Source: Bigelowiella natans CCMP2755 (lineage: Eukaryota > Protista > Cercozoa). Taken from it: a stretch of 64,000 nt of DNA. Every line of letters starts with the position of its first letter. Position 1 is the first letter of the stretch. A model generated the notes under the pieces. It searched no databases, was not told the origin of the DNA, and saw only the letters and a program-made list of their open reading frames with translations. Position numbers and translations under genes: made by a program. Below, piece by piece: positions 1 to 12,487 of this stretch. The DNA is taken from NCBI GenBank assembly GCA_000320545.1, contig ADNK01002345.1, forward strand, positions 11,173-75,172, in the 5' to 3' direction.

Positions 1-285
1 AAACCCCCAACACTGTCTTTTTCTTTTGGTGAGGTAATGCTGACTGCGGGAGAGAAGGATTCGTGCAATTAGATCTAGATCTACGGAAGAGAGAAGATAT
101 AATCCTGGCGTCTTGGAAATATCGTGGAAATAGAGGGGTATCACCAAAGACGACATGAATATCTCGAGATATCCTGGATATCCTCCGTGCTCTAATGAAT
201 CTAAAGTCGCGGGAGGAGTCGAATTCGTGAGTCTTCCTGTTTAACGCAAGATTCTGATAGCTATCAAGAAAGGCTGAGAACAGAG

Positions 286-796
286 GACGGGGAAGGCTGG
301 CAATCCTACGCCTACTGCACCAACTACGATGTTCAAAGGGCCTCACAAGGGTTGCTACTTGTCTGGATATGCTGCTGTTGGCACATTCAAGTTTGACACA
401 TTCGAAAAAGCTAAGGAGGCAGCCTTTGCCAATGCAGCAGTAGTGGGGGGTATAACGAAGACTAGCAGGCACTACACGCTCAGAGCCGGTCGTGAGCTGC
501 GCCCATCGCCCAGTGGGGAGATCTCGTGGATCTTAGAGCACAAGAAGACGGGGAAGGCTGGCAATCCTACGCCTACTGCACCAACTACGATGTTCAAAGG
601 GCCTCACAAGGGTTGCTACTTGTCTGGATATGCTGCTGTTGGCACATTCAAGTTTGACACATTCGAAAAAGCTAAGGAGGCAGCCTTTGCCAATGCAGCA
701 GTAGTGGGGGGTATAACGAAGACTAGCAGGCACTACACGCTCAGAGCCGGTCGTGAGCTGCGCCCATCGCCCAGTGGGGAGATCTCGTGGATCTTA
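286..796 (+). repeat. Perfect direct duplication (286-535 = 547-796, period 261 bp = 87 codons)
   Basis: Two identical 250-bp copies read directly from the sequence. The reading frame is preserved. Confidence 0.95.
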
Positions 797-2506
797 AGCT
801 CGGTGACCACAGAGAAGGACAAGAACGATGCTAAGATCTTCGATGGAGTTCTCACCAAAGTCATCACCCAGAACATTAGGACAAAAACAAAAGAAAATTG
901 TGACGACGACGGCAAATTTGAAAAGCCAAATCTGCCAACCCTAACACATCAGAGCTCTGAAGAGCTTATGGCACGGTGGAGTGAAAAACCCAACGCGAAG
1001 AGTGTGCTCCCTGTGTACCGAACGGCCGCCGAAATGATATGCCTAAAGTGGGAATGGGTGACTCACACACGGACTCTCACAATTTTGGAGTTCTTGGGTG
1101 ATGAATTCGAGAAGGACAACACATTGAAAGCTGGTTTAATGAACATCAAATTTGCAGTTTCCACGTTGACTAAAGTAATTGCGAAAGCCTACAAAATGCA
1201 TCCAAGGGATGTGCCAGATCGACGATGCGTCACGACGGGCCGAGTTCTCCTAACTACTCTGACACAATTCTTTGCAAAGCTAGAATGGAGGCAGCCCTAC
1301 TTCCACATGGCAATGGGATATTGTTTACAGCTCGCCGACCCAGACTCTCTGGTGGCGAAACTGGGAGAAATCTGCGACAAAGCGTCAAAATGCAAGTCCG
1401 CACAACGACTGGGCTTCACGGCAGGGATTCAATTTTCCCACGAGCTGTTCATCAGCAGAGTAAAAAAAAATTCCAAATCAGATCAAATCGATGACGTAGA
1501 TAGGGAAAACAACGCTGACGGGAAGATGGAGCTGAAAGCAGCCAGAAGCATGTGCAGGCGCGCGTTCGAAGAGTACGTGGACCACCACAAGCACCAGGCG
1601 TATCGAAGTGCATTCCTCGAACCCGTAAAAGCGTACTACAAAGCAGTGGGCAACATGGTCATGCACAACGATGCTGCTGTACATGGCGTAAACTGGCACC
1701 TAAGTGGAGTCATGGCCGCGATTGGGATGCGGTTCCCCGTGGTCCCATTTCTCAGCGATAAGCACTTCACGGGATTCGCAACGCACTGGCACGCCAGAGG
1801 CGGGCGTGTGATGTGGGAGGAGTACAAAAAGCCCGTGAACTTCGGGCGGGCGTACGAAGGCGTTCCTGCGATTCGAAAGCTAGGACGTAAAGGAATGGGG
1901 AGGACTGAGGAAAATGGCATTCATGGACACGTTGGCTCTGCCCGGCAATTCGGACAGGGGATAGCTGCGAACTCGAGCCTAACGCGGGCGGAAAAATGGC
2001 GCTTGTACGTTGAGAGGCTGTGTTATTTCTTCTCTTGGGAGTTCTTCTGTCCGAAGGCCATCGCGGTGCTGATGCAGGAAGATGCAGAGTTTCGCGCGAT
2101 CGGGTTTCGGGAGGCTCTTAAAACAATATTTAAGTTTTACAAGGAGTCAAAAAAAGGCGCTATCGACGAAGAAACTCTGCTGGATTTCATCTACGATGAT
2201 ATTAAAGGGGACTATGATGGTGCTCGTGTGAATAATCTTCTGCATTTCGCTGGGATCACAAAAGGAGAAGTCCAGGTAAAGAAGCGAAACCACAAAAGTA
2301 GAAAACCCAGCGATAAGAAAGGCAAGAATGGAACTGCTAGTAAGAAGTTTCATGGCTCGCATGAACTTTTGACAGAAGTGAAGAAGCTTGTGAAGGAAGG
2401 ACATGCTCAGAGACACATATTTAAAACATGTCGGGCGCGAAAATTAGGAGACAATGGGGAGATATTCGCAGCCATCAGGTTCGCAATGGCCGCAGAGTGT
2501 AGCTAG
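329..2506 (+). CDS. Hypothetical 725-aa protein, intronless, with two identical ~69-aa N-terminal modules and a Lys-rich C-terminus
   Basis: Uninterrupted 2.2-kb ORF with an in-frame stop at 275-277 upstream of the ATG. No family recognised for the body of the protein. Confidence 0.7.
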   Translation: MFKGPHKGCYLSGYAAVGTFKFDTFEKAKEAAFANAAVVGGITKTSRHYTLRAGRELRPSPSGEISWILEHKKTGKAGNPTPTAPTTMFKGPHKGCYLSGYAAVGTFKFDTFEKAKEAAFANAAVVGGITKTSRHYTLRAGRELRPSPSGEISWILSSVTTEKDKNDAKIFDGVLTKVITQNIRTKTKENCDDDGKFEKPNLPTLTHQSSEELMARWSEKPNAKSVLPVYRTAAEMICLKWEWVTHTRTLTILEFLGDEFEKDNTLKAGLMNIKFAVSTLTKVIAKAYKMHPRDVPDRRCVTTGRVLLTTLTQFFAKLEWRQPYFHMAMGYCLQLADPDSLVAKLGEICDKASKCKSAQRLGFTAGIQFSHELFISRVKKNSKSDQIDDVDRENNADGKMELKAARSMCRRAFEEYVDHHKHQAYRSAFLEPVKAYYKAVGNMVMHNDAAVHGVNWHLSGVMAAIGMRFPVVPFLSDKHFTGFATHWHARGGRVMWEEYKKPVNFGRAYEGVPAIRKLGRKGMGRTEENGIHGHVGSARQFGQGIAANSSLTRAEKWRLYVERLCYFFSWEFFCPKAIAVLMQEDAEFRAIGFREALKTIFKFYKESKKGAIDEETLLDFIYDDIKGDYDGARVNNLLHFAGITKGEVQVKKRNHKSRKPSDKKGKNGTASKKFHGSHELLTEVKKLVKEGHAQRHIFKTCRARKLGDNGEIFAAIRFAMAAECS

Positions 2507-2639
2507 CAGTAGGATCAGCATCGAGCTAGTGCTTGAATCACTGTCCGACAAGCGAGTGAATTGTTTCAGAAATGTCTGCATTCCTAGATCAGACACCGGT
2601 AGTTCATTGTATCATGCTTGCATGTCATCATTCATGTTG

Positions 2640-3590
2640 ATTGGTCACTGTCAACAACGAACAAGTGAACGCACACCCGATGCGCAGCACACGTAAGCAA
2701 GCAGCATTCTTGCATCCTCGGATGCACACATATCCATCTGGACATCAGTGAAGGCAAAAAGCAGCAAGTGAACGCATGCCCGATGTGCAGCCACATGCAC
2801 AGCATGCGTCAACAAGGAGCATGCGCTGCGCGATGCCATCAATGCGCACCAGCGTGCACTAGCTAGCTAGCTGGCTAGCTGGCATGCTGCATGCCCAGCT
2901 AGCCAGTAGCGGCGTCCAATTGTGTGCGACAGCAACAATAACAACGTTCGCGCGTCGCACATCATCACATCGGTCGGCTGAGTTTTGGGGTGCTTTGCGT
3001 TGAGCAAATGCACCGGACACGCTAGCACGCTGATCGACCCGCATCCTTGCTAGCTTGGTTCAGTGATCGACTGGAAGACCAAGGAAAACTGAGGGCTCGT
3101 TTCGCATCCGCCGGCCACGAGCCCCAGCGAAGGACAATCGAACCCAGCGACATGCACTCCCCTCTCCAGAGCTAGAGAGCTCTCTGAGCTCTGCACGCAA
3201 CCCAAGCCAACAAGCTCGCGTGCATGAACGAATGAATGCTAGAATGTCCGTCTTGAAAATTTGTAAAGTACTCCGTTTGGCTTCGTTGTGAGCTCAGAAA
3301 GCTGTTCGAACTCCACCAAGCTCCCGGAGTCGAGGAATGCCACCTTGTGGAACCTGTTTTTGAGAAAAGTCAATGGGATCCGTGTCGACGATGCACGACG
3401 ACGGCGAGGACGAAGACAAGGACCTGTGGATGTGCTGGAGCCTGTGGCATGTCATGACAACGGTGGTCTTGAGGCTGAAGATCACATCGTGGACCTTCTC
3501 ATCCGTCTCCCGGTCGACATTTGCGGTGGCTCTAGCAAGCTAGACAGGGGCGCGCGCGGGGGAGAAGATGCGAGCAGTGAAAAACTCTAG
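2640..3590. other. TpA-depleted, CTAG-rich intergenic domain 1
   Basis: Most surviving TA lies in CTAG. (CTAG)n run at 2859-2880. Many CATG/TGCA. Confidence 0.8.
3243..3572 (-). pseudogene. Decayed genomic copy of the last two exons and intervening intron of the neighbouring ABCC gene
   Basis: Aligns to about 6545-6880 (ATANVD..TDEKVHDVIFSLKTTVVM.CHRLQHIHR, intron, next exon) with substitutions and indels. The intron is retained, so this is a DNA-level duplication. Confidence 0.9.
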
Positions 3591-3964
3591 ACCCGAACTA
3601 AATTTCACCTAAAGAAAAATGCTCAATTTCCATGCCAAAAAGAAGGAATTCCAGCTACTACTTTTTACAAAATTCCGAGTCTAACTCCTCATCACTGCCA
3701 CTGCCGTTTTTGGGCGAAATTTCGAAACCGAATCGCACGTTTGCCCGAGTTTGTGCCGGCACGGAACGTGCACATACGAGGAGAGTGTCTCATCGCCGAC
3801 GAGGTCACTCCGCAAGTGGCTTCTCAGGCTTCTCTCGCTGATGGAAGGACATAACACCGCTCCAAGGAGAGGAGGAGGAGCTCAATAGTTATATTTCTTC
3901 TCCTCCGCCTCCTCCTCCTCCTCCTCCTCCTCCTCCTCCTCCTCCTCCTCCTCCTCCTCATCCC

Positions 3965-5273
3965 ATGTACCTCCTGTGGAAACATGCTGCTGCGATTTTG
4001 CTCATCATATTTCTCTTGGTACATTTTAATTATTAAATTCATTCCCGTAGCCATTTCTCAATTGGTTATTATAAACACGTTTAGGTACACTTCGAGAGTG
4101 GTGGATTGTTTGGCCCTGGACGGGTGAACGAAAAAGATCTGACACGAGGCAGCACGAGCTCAAAGCACCTACCAAGCCCACCAGAGTTACCCACAGAAGC
4201 CGTGACAATCGCAAGAGAAGATGATGAATTGTCTATCATAGTCACAACTGCCGATGAAGATAGTCCAAAAGTAGCAGTGTGCACGGCTGCTCTGTATGGC
4301 AATCCGACTAATTATGAGTACCTTAATGAATGGATTCGTTATCAGAGATACTGGGGTTTCAGTATCTTCAGTTATTATCATCCCAATCGGACAAATCCCA
4401 GATTTGTAAAATGGATGAAAAAAAATATGGATGTTGTCGAGACGGTATAGTCTTCTAACATGTGGAATCTCTTTGATTCTTCCTCCGTTCAAAATATTTA
4501 CACTACTCTCCATTTGTAGGTCCCGTTCTGCGATCCAATTGAAACTTGCGCTCATCTGTCATCTATACATCTATGCCATAACAAAACACGTCAAAATTTC
4601 GATTGGGTGCGACCTATGTTTCACGTTTTAGAAAGCCGGTTGAGGAGTTGACTGAATTAATTAATGTTAGGTAATAATGCACGACATAGACGAAAGTTTG
4701 CACATACCTGGAGTGTATAATCGAGAACAGTTGTATCAATTCCTGGAGGCACATTCCAATGTCGCAGTGTTTACTTATGGCATTTACATATATCAGCCTG
4801 AAATATGTTTACCGCGGAGAAGCGACGCTGTGGGGCAAAAGATGCCCAACATTAAGGCTATGCCATTCCGTTACAGAAAGCGATATTGTTGTCGTAATCA
4901 AACGGGGGGGTTTAAGTTAGGACCAGGTAGGATGGCATCAAGATTTACTGGATATGATACCCAAGAGTGCCTGTTTGGATGTGGAAAGCGCAAGCTTTTA
5001 ATCCTGCCAAAGTTCATCGCATTGGGAGAGATACGTGCACACAATGTCATTCCACACGCAATTTTCGGAAATATGGTATATCACGATGCTCCTATTGACC
5101 TCATTAACTCCCACGAGTACCGGGGTATTCTGATCAGAACCCCTGATAAAATGTGCAGTCACATCACCGAGGAACTGATCGATCCAAAGCTGAAGGAACT
5201 TTACATCAAAGACCCATTTGATGTTGACACGCTTAAGACCCGTAGTTCCAAGCTCCAGGCGACGCCGACGTAG
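3965..5273 (+). CDS. Type II membrane glycosyltransferase, GT92/DUF23-like; exons 3965-4018, 4085-4444, 4520-4606, 4671-5273
   Basis: GT-AG splicing gives MYLLWKHAAAILLIIFLL|VHFESG...VAVCTAALYG...YLNEWIRYQRYWGF...FDW|VIMHDIDE, which has a signal anchor, an EWI.Y...G motif and a DxDE motif. Confidence 0.7.
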
Positions 5274-5329
5274 TAATGATCGTCCAAAATGTTTCCATGA
5301 AAATCATTTGATTTCAGCATACCTGGCTG

Positions 5330-6450
5330 GCTGGCCACGGCATGGGCATGCGGTGTCGTCGCAGCAAACGCCCGGAACTTTGACGCACATGCAAGCTCGG
5401 ACAATGACAGCTAGCAGAATGGCTGCGACAGCTTCGCATCACATTGGATATCAACAATGCGCAGGCTAGTAGGAGATGTCAATGTTCACCGTGCTTCTGA
5501 TTCAGCCACCGCACCATGAGAGTGAGTGAGCAAATCATTTTGAATGCAAACTCGGTGTCATCAGTCTAACAGTCAGCACGTAGAAACGCGACTTTTGGAG
5601 ATGCGTTGGCACCAACATTCCCTGAAACTTTCATGCAATGGTTTAAACGCCACAGTCATCACTAGAAACGAATGATGATTCACATCGATCTAGCGACATG
5701 CATCTAGAGAACGGGAATTCATGATGTCGCATCACGTCATTGTTGTTCATCAATTCATCGTTGTCGCCAACAACCTTCATTGCGAGCAAATGATCGAACG
5801 CACAGCCGATCTAGCGATGCAGTGCATGACAGCAAGCAGCATGCGCACACATCTAGACATGCGATGCATCGGTGTCACGAAAGGTAGCGCCCTTCACCAC
5901 AACTAGACTCATAGATCGCTGGTACACATCTAGATGACACGTGCGCTGGTTGCCGCACGCTAAGTCAAATAATTAACCTTGAAAGTACGTGTGCGTCGGG
6001 TAGCAGTGCACATGCTAGCATGGATTGAATCCACACACTACACACAACATGCACAGGACATGCTGTGTCAATTGCCAGATCATGGCTAGCAGGCTGACAG
6101 GTGTCACTCCATTCTAGCACAGCTTGCACATCACAACCACTGAGCAGTCATGCAGACGAAGACATGAAAAGCGCCTGTCACAGGAAAATCTCTCAGCACG
6201 ACTCACCTAGCTATCTAGCTGTAGATGCATCAGACACACGATTCGCTTGGGCGTGCGTGAAAATTAAGGTGAAAAACCTGAAACATTCGCAAATTAAAAC
6301 ATGCGTGGGCTGCACCGCCATGCATTCCTGGATGCACATGCATGACGCAACCATGTGAAAAAATTCGGACCCGAAAAACATGTTGGCACTGATGATTCTC
6401 AACTGTGAAACCATTGCATGCATCTTAGTAGACACACACCATCGCTCATG
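5330..6450. other. TpA-depleted, CTAG-rich intergenic domain 2 (partial depletion)
   Basis: TA mostly in CTAG or CTA/TAG half-sites, between two convergent genes. Confidence 0.7.
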
Positions 6451-6454
6451 CCGA

Positions 6455-9400
6455 TCACGCGGCAACAGAAGACCGAGAGCACTCCCGCGCTCCGAGGGAC
6501 ACTGCTTCCTCCTCCTCATCATCCTCCCTCTTCTTTCCCATTGGAATGTTCGCCCGTCTAAAAAATTCGGAAAGTACTCCGTTTGGCTTCTTTGTGAGCT
6601 CAGAAGGCCGTCCGAACTCCACCAAGCTCCCGGAGTCGAGGACTGCCACCTTGTCGAACCTGTTTTTGAGAAAAGTCAATCGGATGTTTGTGCGGTCATT
6701 CAGAGATCATGTCGACGACGACGGCGAGGACGAAGACAATGACCTGTGGATGTGCTGGAGCCTGTGGCATATCATGACAACGGTGGTCTTGAGGCTGAAG
6801 ATCACATCGTGGACCTTCTCATCCGTCTCCAGGTCGACATTTGCGGTGGCCTAGACAGGGGGCGCGCAGGAGAAGATGCAAGAGAATGATCAGAATGTGG
6901 AGGGGGGGATGGGGGATGTGCTGCGAACAGAAATGGAAAATAGGAGCAGCTGCGGTGAGAGATGTCAAGCTATGCGGTGGTGCAAACTGTGTAGAAAATC
7001 GACAAATTAGGGAAAAGCCCGGAGAACGACCTCATCACAGAGGAGCAAGCTGGTAGTGTCTTGAGTGATGAGCGCCCTTGCCAAAGCTATAAGCTGTCTC
7101 TCACCAGCAGAGAAGTTCCCTCCCCCGTCGACAACCAAAAAGTCCAACTGACCCGGCAGCCCTCGTACCAATTTCTCAATCCCGGCATCACGCAAACACC
7201 TCCAGATGAGCTACACAGAACGACGCCAAATCAAACAATTTGCAAGAAGGATATGCGATTAGCCTCACGACGGTGAGGCGGTTAATTCGGAGAATTTGTC
7301 GTTTTACCTCGTCAGATTCAGTCTCAGACAGGTTATTGCGAAGGGGGCCGGAAAGCAAAACTTTGTATTTCCATGGTCAAAATTAGAGAGAGAATTTTGG
7401 GCAAGGGAGAGGGGGAACAGGATATTGAGACGAATACACTGCACGGGCGTCTTTGCTTTCATAATCAGTCATCATCTATCGCCATGTTCCACCACCATGA
7501 AATCATCATCACCATCATCCTTATCATCATCCATATTTACTATGATCTAACTCCCCCACTCCCCCCCCCCCCTTTCTCCTCGTCGCTATGCCCATCCATC
7601 ATCAGTCCCACAGCACCTGCGTCTTGATCAACCACTTGCACCTGGGTCCGCAGACGCTCAATGTGCATGCGATTGATGTCGTTGCCTCCGAGGAGGATGC
7701 GCCCCGCCTGGTGGAACAGTAACAGCACCAAAAACAACAACAATAACAAAGAAACGATGGTGAGAGTACGGAGGATGACAACTGCAGTCTGCAACGCATG
7801 CAACGAGCTCAACGCAACAGTACTTCTCCAGCTCTGCTGATGCTGTGTCCTCCGCATGAGAGAGCAAAGGAAGTTACCGATATCGGGTAGAGGCGGGAGA
7901 TAGAGGAAAAGACGCTCGATTTTCCACAGCCGCTACGGCCACACAGAGCAACTTTCTCGCCCCGAGCGATGTGTAAGGAGAGGCCGTTCAGCACTAGATG
8001 GTGGGAAATGATAGCGCGACAAACAAAGAGGTCATTAAGCATCAGTGGAGAACACCCGAGGTGTTGATTTCTACGCACAAAAACGCATGTAGTTAGTTTT
8101 CTCACCCACGGCTACCAGCGCCACCATTGCCAACGCTACTAGCATCATCATTAATATCATCAGAACCTATTGCTACTACTACGGACGCTTCTTATATAAG
8201 TAACCGTGAGTTTTGTCGAGTCGATATCGGAGGTACACTTCATCAAAGGTGAGCGTGGCGCCCCCCTTCCACCCCCCTCCTCCTCCTCCTCCTCCTCCTC
8301 CTCCTCCTCTTGGTCTCCTCCCAACTCCAACGCTAGCTAGCTCTTTGGAGTCATCTTCACATTCGTCGTCCTCCTCGAGAAGGTTTTTCATCTCAAAGTC
8401 GTCGGCAGAGCACGCCCCCCTTCCGACGCGGGAGTGGATGATGACGGACGCCTGTCTCCTTCCCCCCTCCTCCTCCTTCTCCTCCTCCTCGAGAGGATGG
8501 TTTCCTCGCCGAACATATTCACCAACCCGCTCAACGGAAACAAAGTCGGTTTCAATGTCGGCCAGCTCGCAGAAGAAGTGCATGATCATTCGCTGGAGTT
8601 GGGATGAGTAGAGCAACACCTTTCATTGGGGAGAACACAACTCTCAGGCGCAGCAGTACTTGTCGTCATTGTCGTCATTGTCGTCGTCGTCGTCGTCGTC
8701 GTCGTAGTTGTTTTGCGCGTGCGTTTTTCAAGACGTCAGCACGATTGTTTGATGTCTTTGTTTTGTTACCAGTCCCATCTGCGCCGGAGTGAGGCGGCCA
8801 GAATCCACGAGCAGCACACACACGACGCCCGACGAGATGTAGAGAACCGCTGACGCTTGGCAGATCAGAACCTGTAATAGTGATGAATGATGATGAGGAG
8901 GAGGAGGAGGAGGATAAGGATGTTGTGCACGTCATATTTCTTATGATCCCATTGTAGAAGAGGCTACCTGCGCCCATTTAATCACAGCTTCGTTCGCATA
9001 ACGAGCCCTTGCCATGGCTTCGATGAGACTGAGCGACTTCCTGAGGAACATTCTGTCGGATCCAAAGCCCAAGATGCAGTCCTTTCCGTCAATGGAGTCC
9101 GAAAAGTGCGCGTAGCACGGCGAATGTGCAGACGATTCGATGCGTCTCGCGTCACGGGAGGCGATGCGAGCACGGCGGAAAATGATCTTGAGGAGCGGGA
9201 TCAGCACAACCAGCGCCAGAGCGGAGAACGGTGCGTATGCAAACACCAGCACTATCATCGACCTACACGAATAAACCGGCGAAGGCGTTGGTCAGCGCAT
9301 AATACACAAAGACCCGCCCACACATAAACACACATGTATCTATCAGAGAGAAAATAGAGGGAAAGGGGAGGTGGTTCTTCCACGTACAAGAGCGTGAACG

Positions 9401-11089
9401 TGTCGGTGAGAAGATGCTCCAATGTCTGCGGCACGAACGTGTCGATGGATTCCAGGTCTTGCAAGAAACGGTTCAGGATCTTTCCGGCCGGCGTCGTGTC
9501 GAAGAATGACAACGGGGCCGACAGCACACCCGCCAGCATCTTGTCGTGAATGGCCGAAGACGCCGAGAGTGCGCTGTACCTGATGGGAGGCGTAAGCAAC
9601 GGTCAGCCCAAGCGGCGAGTCCACTGATTTCATTTGATTTCATTTATCCTCTCTCAACCCCCCCCCCCCCCTCCCCCCGCGCCCACCCTCCGTTTTGTTC
9701 TTCACCAGCATGCACGTGAGGGTGATTGTACTCTATCACAACCATCCTCTCCCATACCCATCCCCTCACACGTACATATGCTAACATATATGCTAAAGTC
9801 CTTACGTGATTAGCGTCATGACGAGGCTCCGAGCCACGGCGCGCATCAGACCGATACCGATGTACACGTACAGCTCAAAGGTAGCATTGGCGCCTCCTCC
9901 CCTTCCATGATCGGAGTCGGCTACGTGCTGCGTCCACATGGAAAGCCACAAGTTTTGTAGTGCCTCCGTCCCCACGCCGAGCACGCAAACCACGAAGACA
10001 GCGAGGAGCATGCAGCGGGACCTGCATGGAGAGGGAGGGAGGAGGGAGGATGTGTCCACAGAAACAACATCACCACCACCGTCTCCACCATAGGTAGGCA
10101 GGAGCTTTCTTTGGATGCTGCTATTCTAGTGTTGCTTACCCGTGCGCGAACTCGCTGAGATAGGTTCTGAAATCCTCCATGGAGACTTTGCCCTGGGGAG
10201 AAGAGGGGGGCAGAGCCAGTCAGAGCAGGCTCAGATAGGGAGAAATGCGAAGCCAGGGAAGGAGGGGAGGAGGGGGGGGGGGGGTGCGAACGCATCCTCA
10301 ATCCTCAAACAAATGCAATTAAAGTTCCTAGCAGACCTCATTGCAATGGTCTTCGTCAATGCTCTTTTGTTGCTGGGACCTACCACTGAGGCTACCCATC
10401 AGCTGCTCAACCAGTTGATGCGTGATTTGCCTAGATCACAGCAGTGCAATGGCGCGCAGTAGCCGGTCAGGTCATCGCGAGGGGGGATTTTTACGTGGAG
10501 AGGGGATTGCGAAGTGAATCAATTAAAGATAAGAAACTACCTCCCGTTCTGATGAGCAAGTGACGTTCGAAAGGCGTCTAAGCACTCGCTCAAATGAACC
10601 CCCCCCGGACCCCGCAATACCACAGGGGTATCCGACGAAGAGGATTCCGGGATGGAGGGGGGTAGGGGGGAGCACGACATCGAAAAGTGGGTTCTCGATG
10701 GCGACGGCTTCTGCTGAGACTTTGACTCTTTGCTGTTGTTGTTGTTGTTGTTGCCATTGGTGCTTTTAGTAGTAGTAGCGGCAGGGTGTTTCAGGATCAC
10801 TCCCATAGCCTTCTCCTCCCCCTCCCTCCAAGCGGAGGATATCCTGGACGCCGTAGTAGCGCTGGATCGACGCACGACGTCTGCCACCGTTGCTGCCGCA
10901 TCACCACCTGGCTTGTTCAGGGATATTGTTATGCTGGTCTCTGGCATCGAAGCGTACTGAATCTGTTGTGATGATCGAAGGCATAATGAGGAAGGGGCAG
11001 GAACAGTAATCATGCACGATGAATATCTGTTTCTTTTCTCTCTATCTTTCTCTCTCCCCCCAACCCCTCCCTCTCCCCCCTCTCTCTAT

Positions 11090-11128
<39 letters not shown>

Positions 11129-12456
11129 TTGCTACTTGGTGGGTGGCCAAAACGACGGTTTTCCTCACACGCCCACGAGATGGCGACGACGATGCGAGCG
11201 GCTTGATGCAGTGCTCCCAGATGTGCCGCCCAGTGTTGGCGTCCACAGCCGACAACACGTCATCCTAAAAGGGGACAAGAGACAATCATTGATGGTAGCA
11301 CCACTACATCGTAGCAGCGCTAGATCGGAGATTTTCACGACCAAAACAAATGCCGAAATTGCATATTTGACGAAGTCTCAATAAGAAAAAAGGACGGGGG
11401 GGGGGGGGGGGGGGGGGGGAGGCGACGCATGCCACACCCACCAGAATATACACGTCCTTATCGGCGTAGACAGCCCTTGCTAGGGCCACGCGGGCTTTCT
11501 GCCCCCCACTGAGCTGTACCCCGGACTTTCCAACGCACGTGCTGTCGCCCAGGCGAAACGAGAGGATGTCCTTCTCCAAGCACGACATGAAGATCGCGCT
11601 CTTGTATCGTTTCTCATCCATCCGGGCTCCGAAGACGATGTTATCACGAATGGTGCCGCTGATAAGGAAGGGCTTCTGCCCGACGTAGGCGCGGCTTCCG
11701 CTAGTTGTGAGTTGCCCGGACAAGGGCTTCTGCGCGAGGCTGATCGCCTTGAGCAACCTACAGGACACATCCACACACACACACACACACACGATACAAC
11801 TACTGATCAACTGAGAAATATCTTGTGGTCCCGACATTCAAAAATACGTCTTTCCCATTGAGGAGGTCCGTGGACGCGGATTATTTAAAAAAAGAGTTTG
11901 CATGGTGAGTGTGTTTGCGTGTGTGTGTGTAAGTGTGTGTACATACGTTGACTTTCCAATACCAATCGGCCCGTGCACGATCGCCAGATCTCCCCGGTTT
12001 AGTGATAGATTGAGGTTAGCAAGCACAACCTTCTGCTTTCCCTCCGCAAGCTCATACCCAAGGTCAGCCCCCCCTGCCCTCACTGCCACTTCTCCCCGGA
12101 GACTACCGCCAGCGGAGCGGGGGGCAACGCCACTCATTTGCTTTGATTCTCTCTGCACGGTAGCCGATCCAGCGGCGCGGCTAATAGCGACACCGTCTTG
12201 ACCAACTGAGCTGTTTACCTTCGTAAAGAAATCGGCGAGACGCTTGCATGAGGGATTGATCGTTGCCCAAAGGTCGAATATCCATGGGAGCTCCTGTAGC
12301 GTCCACTGCAGCTGCGAAATCCAGCCAAGCGTGGCAAAGGCTACGGCGGGCGTCAGGCTCTTGCCTTCCACCAATGTGTAATACCTTTGGGAGGCGTAAT
12401 GGGGGCCAGGTAGGAAGGGAGAGGGGGGGGTGGTATTGGTTAGAGAGATATCATAA

Positions 12457-12487
<31 letters not shown>

